The notes under the pieces are model-generated. The model made no database searches and was not told the DNA's origin. It saw only the letters and a list, made by a program, of their open reading frames with translations. From a virus (lineage: Duplodnaviria; Caudoviricetes): a DNA stretch of 31,376 bases. The stretch covers positions 1-31,376 of the IMG/VR virus record IMGVR_UViG_3300021375_000107; one strand, written 5' to 3'. Shown here in pieces: positions 20,076 through 26,931 of this stretch; position 1 is the first letter of the stretch; the number at the start of each line of letters is the position of its first letter. Both the position numbers and the translations under genes were made by a program.

Positions 20076-20613
20076 ATTTGATTGTAATTGAATTGACGGG
20101 TACTCGGTATAACCTCTGCCCTTCTATTATAAATTCATATTCTGAATTCGGTCTAAACCCTATCAATTGCTCTTTTTCAAATTCACCATTCGAGTATTTT
20201 ACAATACCAACTAATGGCCTTTCATCATTTACAGAAAACATTTTTGTTTCTTTTATAGGCATAACAAATACAAAGCCGTCTAAAGCTTTCCATTCGTTAT
20301 TTCTTTTATAAGCATACACTTGATCTGGTTGAACTAAATATACATTTTCACTTAAATAGTTTTTACTATCTTTCTCTTTACCTCTAACATCTCTAAATCT
20401 TCTAAACACATTGTGATGTACAATAACATCGTCGCCTTCTTTTAATTCCTTATATACTGTTACTAGTGGTAAACTTAATACAGTTCCTATTCTATTCACG
20501 TATTCGTGATTTTGTAATTCTGTATTTAATAATAGCTCTTGTCCTTCTACTTCTTTTTTTCCAGTTGACCTACTGCCCTTCGGTTCAACTAGGTAATTGA
20601 ATACACTGTGCAT
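20020..20613 (-). CDS. GroES-like co-chaperonin with an apparent tandem GroES fold
   Basis: First half YLVEPKG...ELLLNT...RIGTVLSLP...LKEGDDVIVHH; second half FVFVMPIKE...LVGIVKY...LIGF...EFIIEGQRLYRV. Both follow the Cpn10 strand pattern. Confidence 0.55.
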   Translation of the reverse strand: MHSVFNYLVEPKGSRSTGKKEVEGQELLLNTELQNHEYVNRIGTVLSLPLVTVYKELKEGDDVIVHHNVFRRFRDVRGKEKDSKNYLSENVYLVQPDQVYAYKRNNEWKALDGFVFVMPIKETKMFSVNDERPLVGIVKYSNGEFEKEQLIGFRPNSEYEFIIEGQRLYRVPVNSITIKYEHQGNEEEYNPGWAQSS

Positions 20614-20847
20614 TTACCATGAAAGATCATATTCCACGGATATAGACATGTTTTTGTTAAAATCTTTCCAGGGCATTAACATATCTTTTTTTGTAATGTA
20701 GATAGAGTACTTTTCTTCTTCCTCTACAATATGGGCTATAGTATGACCGCCATACACTTCCTGTCCAACAGCATAGTGCATAGCGTCATTCTTATAGTCT
20801 TTTCCAACACTGATTTTTCTAATTACTTGCTGGGACATCTTGTTCAC
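20614..20847 (-). CDS. Conserved hypothetical phage protein (true start may be Met at 20838)
   Basis: IRKISVGKDYKNDAMHYAVGQEVYGGHTI...PWKDFNKNMSISVEYDL; its stop abuts the next ATG. Confidence 0.7.
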   Translation of the reverse strand: MNKMSQQVIRKISVGKDYKNDAMHYAVGQEVYGGHTIAHIVEEEEKYSIYITKKDMLMPWKDFNKNMSISVEYDLSW

Positions 20848-21097
20848 TAATTTCCCCCGTAGTTAAATCAATATTTACTGGCCCGTGCTCTTTTTCTAAG
20901 TCGGCTTGCAGTTTTTGTAATTCACCAACTACTCCTTGTAATTGAGATATCAATCCAGCTTTATGCCCTTCAATACCACCAATCTGCATTTGTATTTGGT
21001 TTTGTTTATTTACTGTTTCTTGCAATGATTTTAATTGCTCTTCAGAAATTGACTTTACTTCTTTGTGATCTACGTCTACTGTTTTTAATTTACTCAT
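20819..21097 (-). CDS. Small coiled-coil hypothetical protein
   Basis: Heptad-rich, ending ELEKEHGPVNIDLTTGEIS-like (LEKEHGPVNIDLTTGEI). Confidence 0.7.
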   Translation of the reverse strand: MSKLKTVDVDHKEVKSISEEQLKSLQETVNKQNQIQMQIGGIEGHKAGLISQLQGVVGELQKLQADLEKEHGPVNIDLTTGEISEQDVPASN

Positions 21098-21108
21098 AAT
21101 GATTTAAT

Positions 21109-21264
21109 TTAATTGTTTGGTTTTTGTTTATATGGAAATGCTTTATTTAACATTTCTTTTCTATTTGCGCATCCGCAATCGCCAGGTAGTTTATCTACTA
21201 GCTTCTTTATTCCGGTTGCTTTGGTTATTTTTTCTATGGTATCCCCTAATCCTTTTGATTTCAT
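21109..21264 (-). CDS. 51-aa protein with a DCGC motif (not in the ORF track)
   Basis: Hand translation MKSKGLGDTIEKITKATGIKKLVDKLPGDCGCANRKEMLNKAFPYKQKPNN*; fills the apparent gap on the coding strand. Confidence 0.75.
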   Translation of the reverse strand: MKSKGLGDTIEKITKATGIKKLVDKLPGDCGCANRKEMLNKAFPYKQKPNN

Positions 21265-21349
21265 TTGATAAATATATTAATAATAAAACTAAAGGTAAAT
21301 TTAAATGTGGCTCACCACACATTCCTGTAATGTGATTTAGCAATTCCAT
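21191..21349 (-). CDS. 52-aa possible membrane micro-protein with H-x3-M-CGEPH motif (not in the ORF track)
   Basis: Hand translation MELLNHITGMCGEPHLNLPLVLLLIYLSNEIKRIRGYHRKNNQSNRNKEASR*. The start overlaps the upstream gene's end, and the 3' end overlaps 21109-21264 by 74 nt. Confidence 0.45.
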   Translation of the reverse strand: MELLNHITGMCGEPHLNLPLVLLLIYLSNEIKRIRGYHRKNNQSNRNKEASR

Positions 21350-21696
21350 TTACGTCTTGCTGCTTTGCCTCTTTCGCCAGTCCAACCTCTGGATCTTGCG
21401 CAGAATGATTTACGTCTTTTAGCCGCTTTGCTATCTGGATCTAGTTTTGATGGTGGTGTTGTTACTGCTGTTTTTAAATTACCACCAGTTTTTTTATTGT
21501 AATTAGCGACACCTTTAGCTGTCATGCCGCCTCCAGCATCTTTTCCAGTACCTCCGCCTTTTTTAACTTCAGCGTAGTTACCAGATTTTTTATTACGCTT
21601 AGGTGCGTATGATTTTGATTTTGCCTTTTTAAGAGGACTTGCGTATCTCTCAGTCGTCATTAGAGCTGGAGAACAAGGTTTCATTTTAAATGCCAT
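21337..21696 (-). CDS. Small basic protein, DUF6321-like, with MAFKMK leader
   Basis: GGMTAKGVANYNKKTGGNLKTAVT...RRKSFCARS...ARRKWNC domain, preceded by MAFKMKPCSPAL...SPLKK. Confidence 0.7.
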   Translation of the reverse strand: MAFKMKPCSPALMTTERYASPLKKAKSKSYAPKRNKKSGNYAEVKKGGGTGKDAGGGMTAKGVANYNKKTGGNLKTAVTTPPSKLDPDSKAAKRRKSFCARSRGWTGERGKAARRKWNC

Positions 21697-22622
21697 TATT
21701 TAAAGTAGTTTTTCTTCATTGGTGACTTTGATTTAAAAAAGTTTGGAGAACTTTTTTTGTCTGGTGATTCAACAATAACCCCTCCGGCCTTAATAACAGC
21801 TTTTTGGCCTTCGTAAGTTTTAGATACATCTGGTAATTCCATATCTCTGGAAGCACTATCAAATGTTCCAGTTTTTAATGGGTCTTTGCTCATTTCAACT
21901 TGTCTAGTTCTAGCTGTCATGTTTTTATTAAAAGCATCTAACTCTGCGTAATTTTCTTCTACCTTAGCTTTTTTCCTAGCATTTCTAACTGCTTCCCTGC
22001 GCTTTTTACCTTTAAGTTTAGTTGTTTCTTGGAAATTACCATCTTTGTCTATTCTACCACCACCACTAGCTGCTAGTTTAGCCGCTTTTATTTTAGCCTG
22101 ACGGACATCCTTACCGGATTTTTTAATTGACCTACTTTGCTGCCTAACTCTCCAAGGCGACATTGCATCCATTTTATCTCTTGTTTGGGTTGCGGTAAAT
22201 TTTTCTTTTTTATCACCTGGTATTACTTCATCTGGTTCACTTTGCCCAGTGTCTACCTGATTTCTTGGCGCATTAGGATTATCCTTAGCCCATTGTTTCA
22301 TTTCATCCGTAACTGTAATCCCTTCTGCTTCTAAATCTGCAAATGTTTTATTTCTAGTTATTTTTTTCCCTTTAACAATTTTATCGCCGGTTGACTCTGA
22401 TTCTAATACACCTACTTTCTGCTTTATTGGCGACTCAGTTTTTTTTTTCATTGAGTAACCTCTTAGCTTACTTGGTGATGGAATGTCTCTAGTTTGATTA
22501 TCCCCATGCACACCAGCTGGGCCTACATTTAATAAAGGTTCTTTTACACCTTTCTTTTGATTAAATAAACCAGATTCTACTCTTGCAGTAATCGGTATGT
22601 TCTTTTTTCCTTTTGTTCCCAT
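21696..22622 (-). CDS. Basic low-complexity protein with multiple SPxK motifs (putative internal head protein)
   Basis: Lys/Arg-rich; contains SPSK, SPIK, SPDK and SPMK; TAATG-coupled to the next gene. Confidence 0.7.
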   Translation of the reverse strand: MGTKGKKNIPITARVESGLFNQKKGVKEPLLNVGPAGVHGDNQTRDIPSPSKLRGYSMKKKTESPIKQKVGVLESESTGDKIVKGKKITRNKTFADLEAEGITVTDEMKQWAKDNPNAPRNQVDTGQSEPDEVIPGDKKEKFTATQTRDKMDAMSPWRVRQQSRSIKKSGKDVRQAKIKAAKLAASGGGRIDKDGNFQETTKLKGKKRREAVRNARKKAKVEENYAELDAFNKNMTARTRQVEMSKDPLKTGTFDSASRDMELPDVSKTYEGQKAVIKAGGVIVESPDKKSSPNFFKSKSPMKKNYFK

Positions 22623-22636
22623 TATAGTTAGTTATG

Positions 22637-23050
22637 TTATTTTGTTAGATCCGCCGCTTTAGGTTCCTCTTTTTCTTCAAAGATTTTACCTACTTCAGCC
22701 CCTGCATCTACAAATTTTTTGCCAGTTAATGCAGCGCCAGCTACTAAAGTTTCGTTAATTTTGAAAGGTGAAGATTTTGATTTTTGTGTTATTGGATTCA
22801 TTTTAGCAGGACTAGCTAAATCACCACCGTATCCATCTTGAAAATACGCTTCTCCACCGTAAAAATTTTTCTTTTTACCTGGAGACGAAAGTCTTTCTTG
22901 AAAAGATGCTTTAGCTTGCTTCAAAGAAACTTCTTCTCCTCCAACACCTTGTCTTGGTCCTGGATCAGATTTTTCTTGAAAACCACTCGCGTTTTGTTTA
23001 GACTCTATTTTATTAAGCCTACTTGCTTGTCCTCTATATGTAATTGCCAT
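22637..23050 (-). CDS. Small SPxK-segmented protein carrying a copy of a cargo-protein N-terminal motif
   Basis: Contains SPGK, SPAK and SPFK; the last segment INETLVAGAALTGKKFVD matches the N-terminus of ORF 1-447. Confidence 0.72.
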   Translation of the reverse strand: MAITYRGQASRLNKIESKQNASGFQEKSDPGPRQGVGGEEVSLKQAKASFQERLSSPGKKKNFYGGEAYFQDGYGGDLASPAKMNPITQKSKSSPFKINETLVAGAALTGKKFVDAGAEVGKIFEEKEEPKAADLTK

Positions 23051-23052
23051 AA

Positions 23053-23406
23053 TTATGATTGTTTATATGCTTCGTCCTCCCATTCAAAATCAGGATGCCC
23101 CTCATTCATTTCAGACCGTTTGTATACTTTCATAGGAGATTTAGTGTCTCTTTTCCAAGTTACAGAATCTTCTGTGTATTGTAACCTACCGGTGGCTAGT
23201 TGATCTAAATGAACTTTTTCGTGAGCAACAGCTTTTTCTATCTTTTTATCAGATAATTTTGAACTAACAAAAATAGTTCCATCTCTATTAGCTTCAGCTT
23301 CAACCCCTTCTTCCAAATCATCTTTTAAAATGACAGGAGTACCAAACTGGGATGTTTTTTCATGTATCCCAAATACTTCTGAATGAGGTTTTAACTTAAA
23401 TGCCAT
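23053..23406 (-). CDS. Zincin-like HExxH metallopeptidase with MAFKLK leader
   Basis: AEANRDGTIFV...AVAHEKVHLDQ, with a downstream WEDEAY providing a candidate third zinc ligand. Confidence 0.75.
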   Translation of the reverse strand: MAFKLKPHSEVFGIHEKTSQFGTPVILKDDLEEGVEAEANRDGTIFVSSKLSDKKIEKAVAHEKVHLDQLATGRLQYTEDSVTWKRDTKSPMKVYKRSEMNEGHPDFEWEDEAYKQS

Positions 23407-23810
23407 TATCCTTTATATCCAGATTTAGAAGCTGCTTGTGCATTTTCCGCGTAATGCTTTCTTGCTTTAGCACTTAATTTTTGGTTTGAAGCTTCTTTAA
23501 TATCATACTTCATTCCTTTATTCATTTTAGCTGGTGATTTACCTTGTTTAGCGGCAATTGCATCCACTATTTGTTTTGGTAAATTCTTTTTTTGCTTAGC
23601 TGTTTGCTTAGCAGGTGATTCGTAATCTTTTTTTGATTTACTTTCGTCACCTTTTTTACCACCATACATTTTTGCAGGTGATTCGTAATCTAATTTACTT
23701 TTAGATTCATCTCCTTTTTTACCGCCGTACATTTTAGCAGGTGACACAGCTCCACCTTTTCTTGCTCCAATTTTGTTTGGACCAATACCTTTAAATCCTG
23801 AATATCCCAT
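23406..23810 (-). CDS. Small basic SPAK-repeat protein
   Basis: Four SPAK motifs and a 21-aa tandem repeat SPAKMYGGKKGDESKSK[L/K]DYE. Confidence 0.75.
   Translation of the reverse strand: MGYSGFKGIGPNKIGARKGGAVSPAKMYGGKKGDESKSKLDYESPAKMYGGKKGDESKSKKDYESPAKQTAKQKKNLPKQIVDAIAAKQGKSPAKMNKGMKYDIKEASNQKLSAKARKHYAENAQAASKSGYKG
23608..23745 (-). repeat. 63-bp coding tandem repeat (about 2.2 copies)
   Basis: gcaggtga recurs at 23611, 23674 and 23737 (period 63); copies are 20/21 identical in amino acids. Confidence 0.85.
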
Positions 23811-23826
23811 TTTTAATATTTATTAG

Positions 23827-24267
23827 TTATCTATTTTTATCTTTTATCATATCGTCAATAGCTTTATTATAAACCTTGTCTGTATATGTTTTGTTTTTAT
23901 AAAATTTACTTCTTGAAGATGTTGGTAAATCTTCTTCTGCTAATAGTATTCTGTATATCCTATTAATTAAATTTTTACATTTAAAAGATGTTGTATATAC
24001 AGTGAACTTTTTTGTTGTTCTGTTTCTTTGACTCCATACATCGATCCAACCTCCAGTTCTTAATCTTTCCCATCTAGCTTTATCCCAAGAGTATGTGTAC
24101 ACACCTTCTATAAAATCATTACGTGTAAAATGCTTTTTACAATCTAAATAAAATAGCAATTCAAGATCTGCATCTTTTATGTCATAAGTTTTACAAGCCC
24201 ATTTTCTAACAAGCCTGTAATACTTAAATAAATTCATTTCTCGCAGATCTTTTGAAGTTAATCTCAT
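23827..24267 (-). CDS. Putative winged-helix (MarR-like) DNA-binding protein
   Basis: DIKDADLELLFYL...FTRNDF...WERLRTGGWIDVW...VYTTSFKCKNLINRIY fits the wHTH helix/wing pattern. Confidence 0.5.
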   Translation of the reverse strand: MRLTSKDLREMNLFKYYRLVRKWACKTYDIKDADLELLFYLDCKKHFTRNDFIEGVYTYSWDKARWERLRTGGWIDVWSQRNRTTKKFTVYTTSFKCKNLINRIYRILLAEEDLPTSSRSKFYKNKTYTDKVYNKAIDDMIKDKNR

Positions 24268-24521
24268 TCTACTAAAACAACATCATTGATGGTAATAACG
24301 TGGTACATCTTATCACCCCATTCAATACCATGACCTGCATGTTTGTCGTATCTTATAATGCTATCTTTTTTTATATAATCTACTTTATCACCAGAGCTTA
24401 TAACTTTTGCCTTTAAGTACCTAATGTCTTTATTTTGACTTTCAGTTAATTCAAGACCACCTACTGTCTTCGGCGCTTCTTTTATTTTATCAATAACGAT
24501 GTAATAATTAATTGCTTTCAA
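24264..24521 (-). CDS. groES: Co-chaperonin GroES (Cpn10)
   Basis: MKAINYYIVI...KTVGGLEL...AKVISSGDKV..IKKDSIIRYDKHAGHGIEWGDKMYHVITINDVVLV; overlaps the groEL 3' end. Confidence 0.88.
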   Translation of the reverse strand: MKAINYYIVIDKIKEAPKTVGGLELTESQNKDIRYLKAKVISSGDKVDYIKKDSIIRYDKHAGHGIEWGDKMYHVITINDVVLVE

Positions 24522-26112
24522 GAGTTCTTACGTTTGAGATTATACAATCAGCCGATACAATAGTTGTCGCTACACTTATTGCATTCTTTAAAGCCGCTTT
24601 AGTTACTAATACTGGATCTATAATTCCACTATCAATCATATTCTTATAACATCCGCAAGTGGCATCAATACCAACACCTGCCCAGTCTCTATCATTTATG
24701 TCTTTATTACTTTCGACATATTCTTTAGGGTTTAAAGCATCATCAAATCCAGCGTTTTTTAATATAGTATGGTAAGGTGCTGTTATAGCGCTTAGTAATA
24801 TATCGTAACCTTCATCTTGTTTTACTATAGTCTGTGAAGCGTTAAGTAAAGCAACGCCGCCTCCTGGAACAATGCCTTCTGCTAATGCAGCTTTAGTTGC
24901 ATGCAATGCATCATCAACTCTATCTTTTTTTTCTTTGAGTTCAACCTCTGAATCCGCACCAATGTAGATTACACCAACTTTTCCAGTAAGCATCGATAAT
25001 CTTTCTTGTAGCTTCTTTTTAATCCAGCCGTTTTTTTCTTTTTCTATTTTTCTTTCTACGTCTTTAATTCTTTCAGCTACAGGTTCTGTAACTTCATTAA
25101 TTTGCAGCGTAGTGTTTTTATCGTCTGTAACGGACTTAACGACTTCACCTAATACATTTACATCTATTAAATCTAAATCATCGCCTAACTCCTCGTTAAC
25201 AGCTGTAGCACCAGTCAGGATAGCTAAATCTTCTATAGCATCTTCTTTAGTTGGTCCAAATCCAGGTAAATCTACAATATTTACTTTTATATTGCCTTTA
25301 ACTTTATTAGCAAGCAGTGTGGCATATGGTTGTTGGTCTACTGGAGCAACAATTAACAAAGAACGTTTGCTTTTTACAACATGTTCTAATATACCCTGTA
25401 TTCTTCTTACATTAGGTATTGCTGAACTTACTATTAACACATAAGGATTTTCTAATACTGCTGTACCTTTTTCTTTATCTGTTATTAAGTGAGGTGATTT
25501 AATACCTGAATTAAATTGTGTACCCTCAACAAACTCAACATAAGTTTCATTTGTAGGGGAATCTTCCATTAATACGACTCCGTTTCGTCCAACTTTTTCA
25601 TATGCTTCTCCAATTTTATCTCCAAGTTCTTGGTCATTGTTACAGCTAATATATGCAACTTGATTAAGCATTTCACCTTTAACCTCAGTGGAGGTAGTAT
25701 CAAGATAGTCCATAATCTCTTTAGCACATCTTGTAACTCCTTCTTTAATATATCTAATTGATTCTTCGCCATCGTATTCGTTTAGTTTATTTAATAGTGA
25801 TTGAGCAAGGACGATAGCCGTAGTGGTACCGTCACCTGCTTCTTTCACTGTATTACTAGCAGCTTCTTTTATCAAAGTAGCTCCTATATTTTCGACCGGG
25901 TCCATTAAGACTACGCTTTCCGCAACGGTTACACCATCTTTTGTGATTACCGGTCTGCCCATAGCGTCTTCGTATATAACGCATTTTCCAGAAGCACCTA
26001 AGGTGGACTTCACTGCGTCGGATAATTTAGAAACACCGGACATGATTTTATTTCGTGCATCATCGCCGAAATTCAGATCTTTAACAATCTGACTAGGTAA
26101 ATTAAATTCCAT
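24508..26112 (-). CDS. groEL: Chaperonin GroEL (Cpn60)
   Basis: Motifs AVKSTLG, ITKDGVTVA, AGDGTTTA, PGFG, ELKEKKDRVDDALHATKAA, GIVPGGGVALL and GIIDPVLVTK; no GGM tail. Confidence 0.96.
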   Translation of the reverse strand: MEFNLPSQIVKDLNFGDDARNKIMSGVSKLSDAVKSTLGASGKCVIYEDAMGRPVITKDGVTVAESVVLMDPVENIGATLIKEAASNTVKEAGDGTTTAIVLAQSLLNKLNEYDGEESIRYIKEGVTRCAKEIMDYLDTTSTEVKGEMLNQVAYISCNNDQELGDKIGEAYEKVGRNGVVLMEDSPTNETYVEFVEGTQFNSGIKSPHLITDKEKGTAVLENPYVLIVSSAIPNVRRIQGILEHVVKSKRSLLIVAPVDQQPYATLLANKVKGNIKVNIVDLPGFGPTKEDAIEDLAILTGATAVNEELGDDLDLIDVNVLGEVVKSVTDDKNTTLQINEVTEPVAERIKDVERKIEKEKNGWIKKKLQERLSMLTGKVGVIYIGADSEVELKEKKDRVDDALHATKAALAEGIVPGGGVALLNASQTIVKQDEGYDILLSAITAPYHTILKNAGFDDALNPKEYVESNKDINDRDWAGVGIDATCGCYKNMIDSGIIDPVLVTKAALKNAISVATTIVSADCIISNVRTLESN

Positions 26113-26141
26113 TTTATTAAATTTTAGTTAAGTATAATATA

Positions 26142-26459
26142 TTATTTAAATGTTTTTACCACTTTCGGTCCAGATATATAATCTAGTTTTCTTTGGTAAT
26201 GATCGACAGACCCGTCAATTGCGCTTTCAGCACCTTCAAGGGTTTCTCGTCTGGTTACATCTATCCACTTTTCACAGCAAGTGTCTTTCTCTGGATCACA
26301 AGCACAATTTATGTCTTTGATTTCTGTTTGAAAAAATCCGTTTGGTAATTGCGTGATTCTCCAGTTTTTCTTTTCTGCTGCATGCTTCCAAGATTCAATG
26401 GTTTTTTCTGTTGGTTGTGGTTGACTACTCCACGTACTAGTCTGGTAAAATAGTGTCAT
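26142..26459 (-). CDS. Conserved hypothetical phage protein
   Basis: KKNWRITQLPNGFFQTE...WIDVTRRETLEGAESAIDGS, with a Cys-rich loop CACDPEKDTCC. Confidence 0.7.
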   Translation of the reverse strand: MTLFYQTSTWSSQPQPTEKTIESWKHAAEKKNWRITQLPNGFFQTEIKDINCACDPEKDTCCEKWIDVTRRETLEGAESAIDGSVDHYQRKLDYISGPKVVKTFK

Positions 26460-26507
26460 TGGTTTTGGTTTTAATTAACATTGGTTTCATACCTCTCTGG
26501 TATGGAT

Positions 26508-26525
26508 TTATTATTACGTATTATT
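26508..26525 (-). promoter_or_regulatory. Candidate late promoter motif AATAATACGTAATAATAA (copy 2)
   Basis: Identical to 1549-1566; followed by a CATACC/GGTATG hairpin (26488-26504) and a leader with AACCAA repeats. Confidence 0.5.
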
Positions 26526-26913
26526 CTTCGTCGTTAACTTCTTCTTCCTCTTCTACTGGCGGTACCGGTGGTGCTGGGTTTTGCCATGTAAAATATAAGT
26601 TTTCGTTTACTGGTGTAATTTGGGACTGTATCTTCGCAGCTATTCCAGCTTGAATTGCAGGTATATCTAATGATCCTTCTAACCATCCGATAACTATGTT
26701 TTCAAAAGCCTCTGTATCTTCGTAAGGTACAAAAGGATCTCCAGCCACGTAAGTATAGCTTTGTGTTCCGATACTAGTTGATGAATAAGTTTTTCCTCCA
26801 GATTCTTCAGAGCCAGTGTACCTCCAATGTACCGTGTATATTACATTGTCTTCACCCTCTGCTTGAATGTGAGCGTTCATTTGTGGGATGTCCCATTTGT
26901 AAGTAATTGCCAT
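26521..26913 (-). CDS. Tail fibre-associated small protein (possible fibre assembly factor)
   Basis: TYKWDI..M...DNVIYTVHWRYTG...FVPYED...VIGWLE pattern, of a type commonly seen next to phage tail-fibre genes; acidic tail. Confidence 0.55.
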   Translation of the reverse strand: MAITYKWDIPQMNAHIQAEGEDNVIYTVHWRYTGSEESGGKTYSSTSIGTQSYTYVAGDPFVPYEDTEAFENIVIGWLEGSLDIPAIQAGIAAKIQSQITPVNENLYFTWQNPAPPVPPVEEEEEVNDEE

Positions 26914-26931
26914 TTTGTTTTTGTTTAATTT

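Noticed and set aside
23608-23745. Regularly spaced repeats as a possible mini CRISPR array
   Set aside because: The 63-bp period is in frame, the spacers are homologous to each other, variation is synonymous, and no cas genes are present.
1459-26653. All other short plus-strand ORFs in the track, and the nested minus ORFs at 25569-25772 and 27793-27999
   Set aside because: They overlap well-supported minus-strand genes, lack motifs and oppose or duplicate the uniform gene layout.
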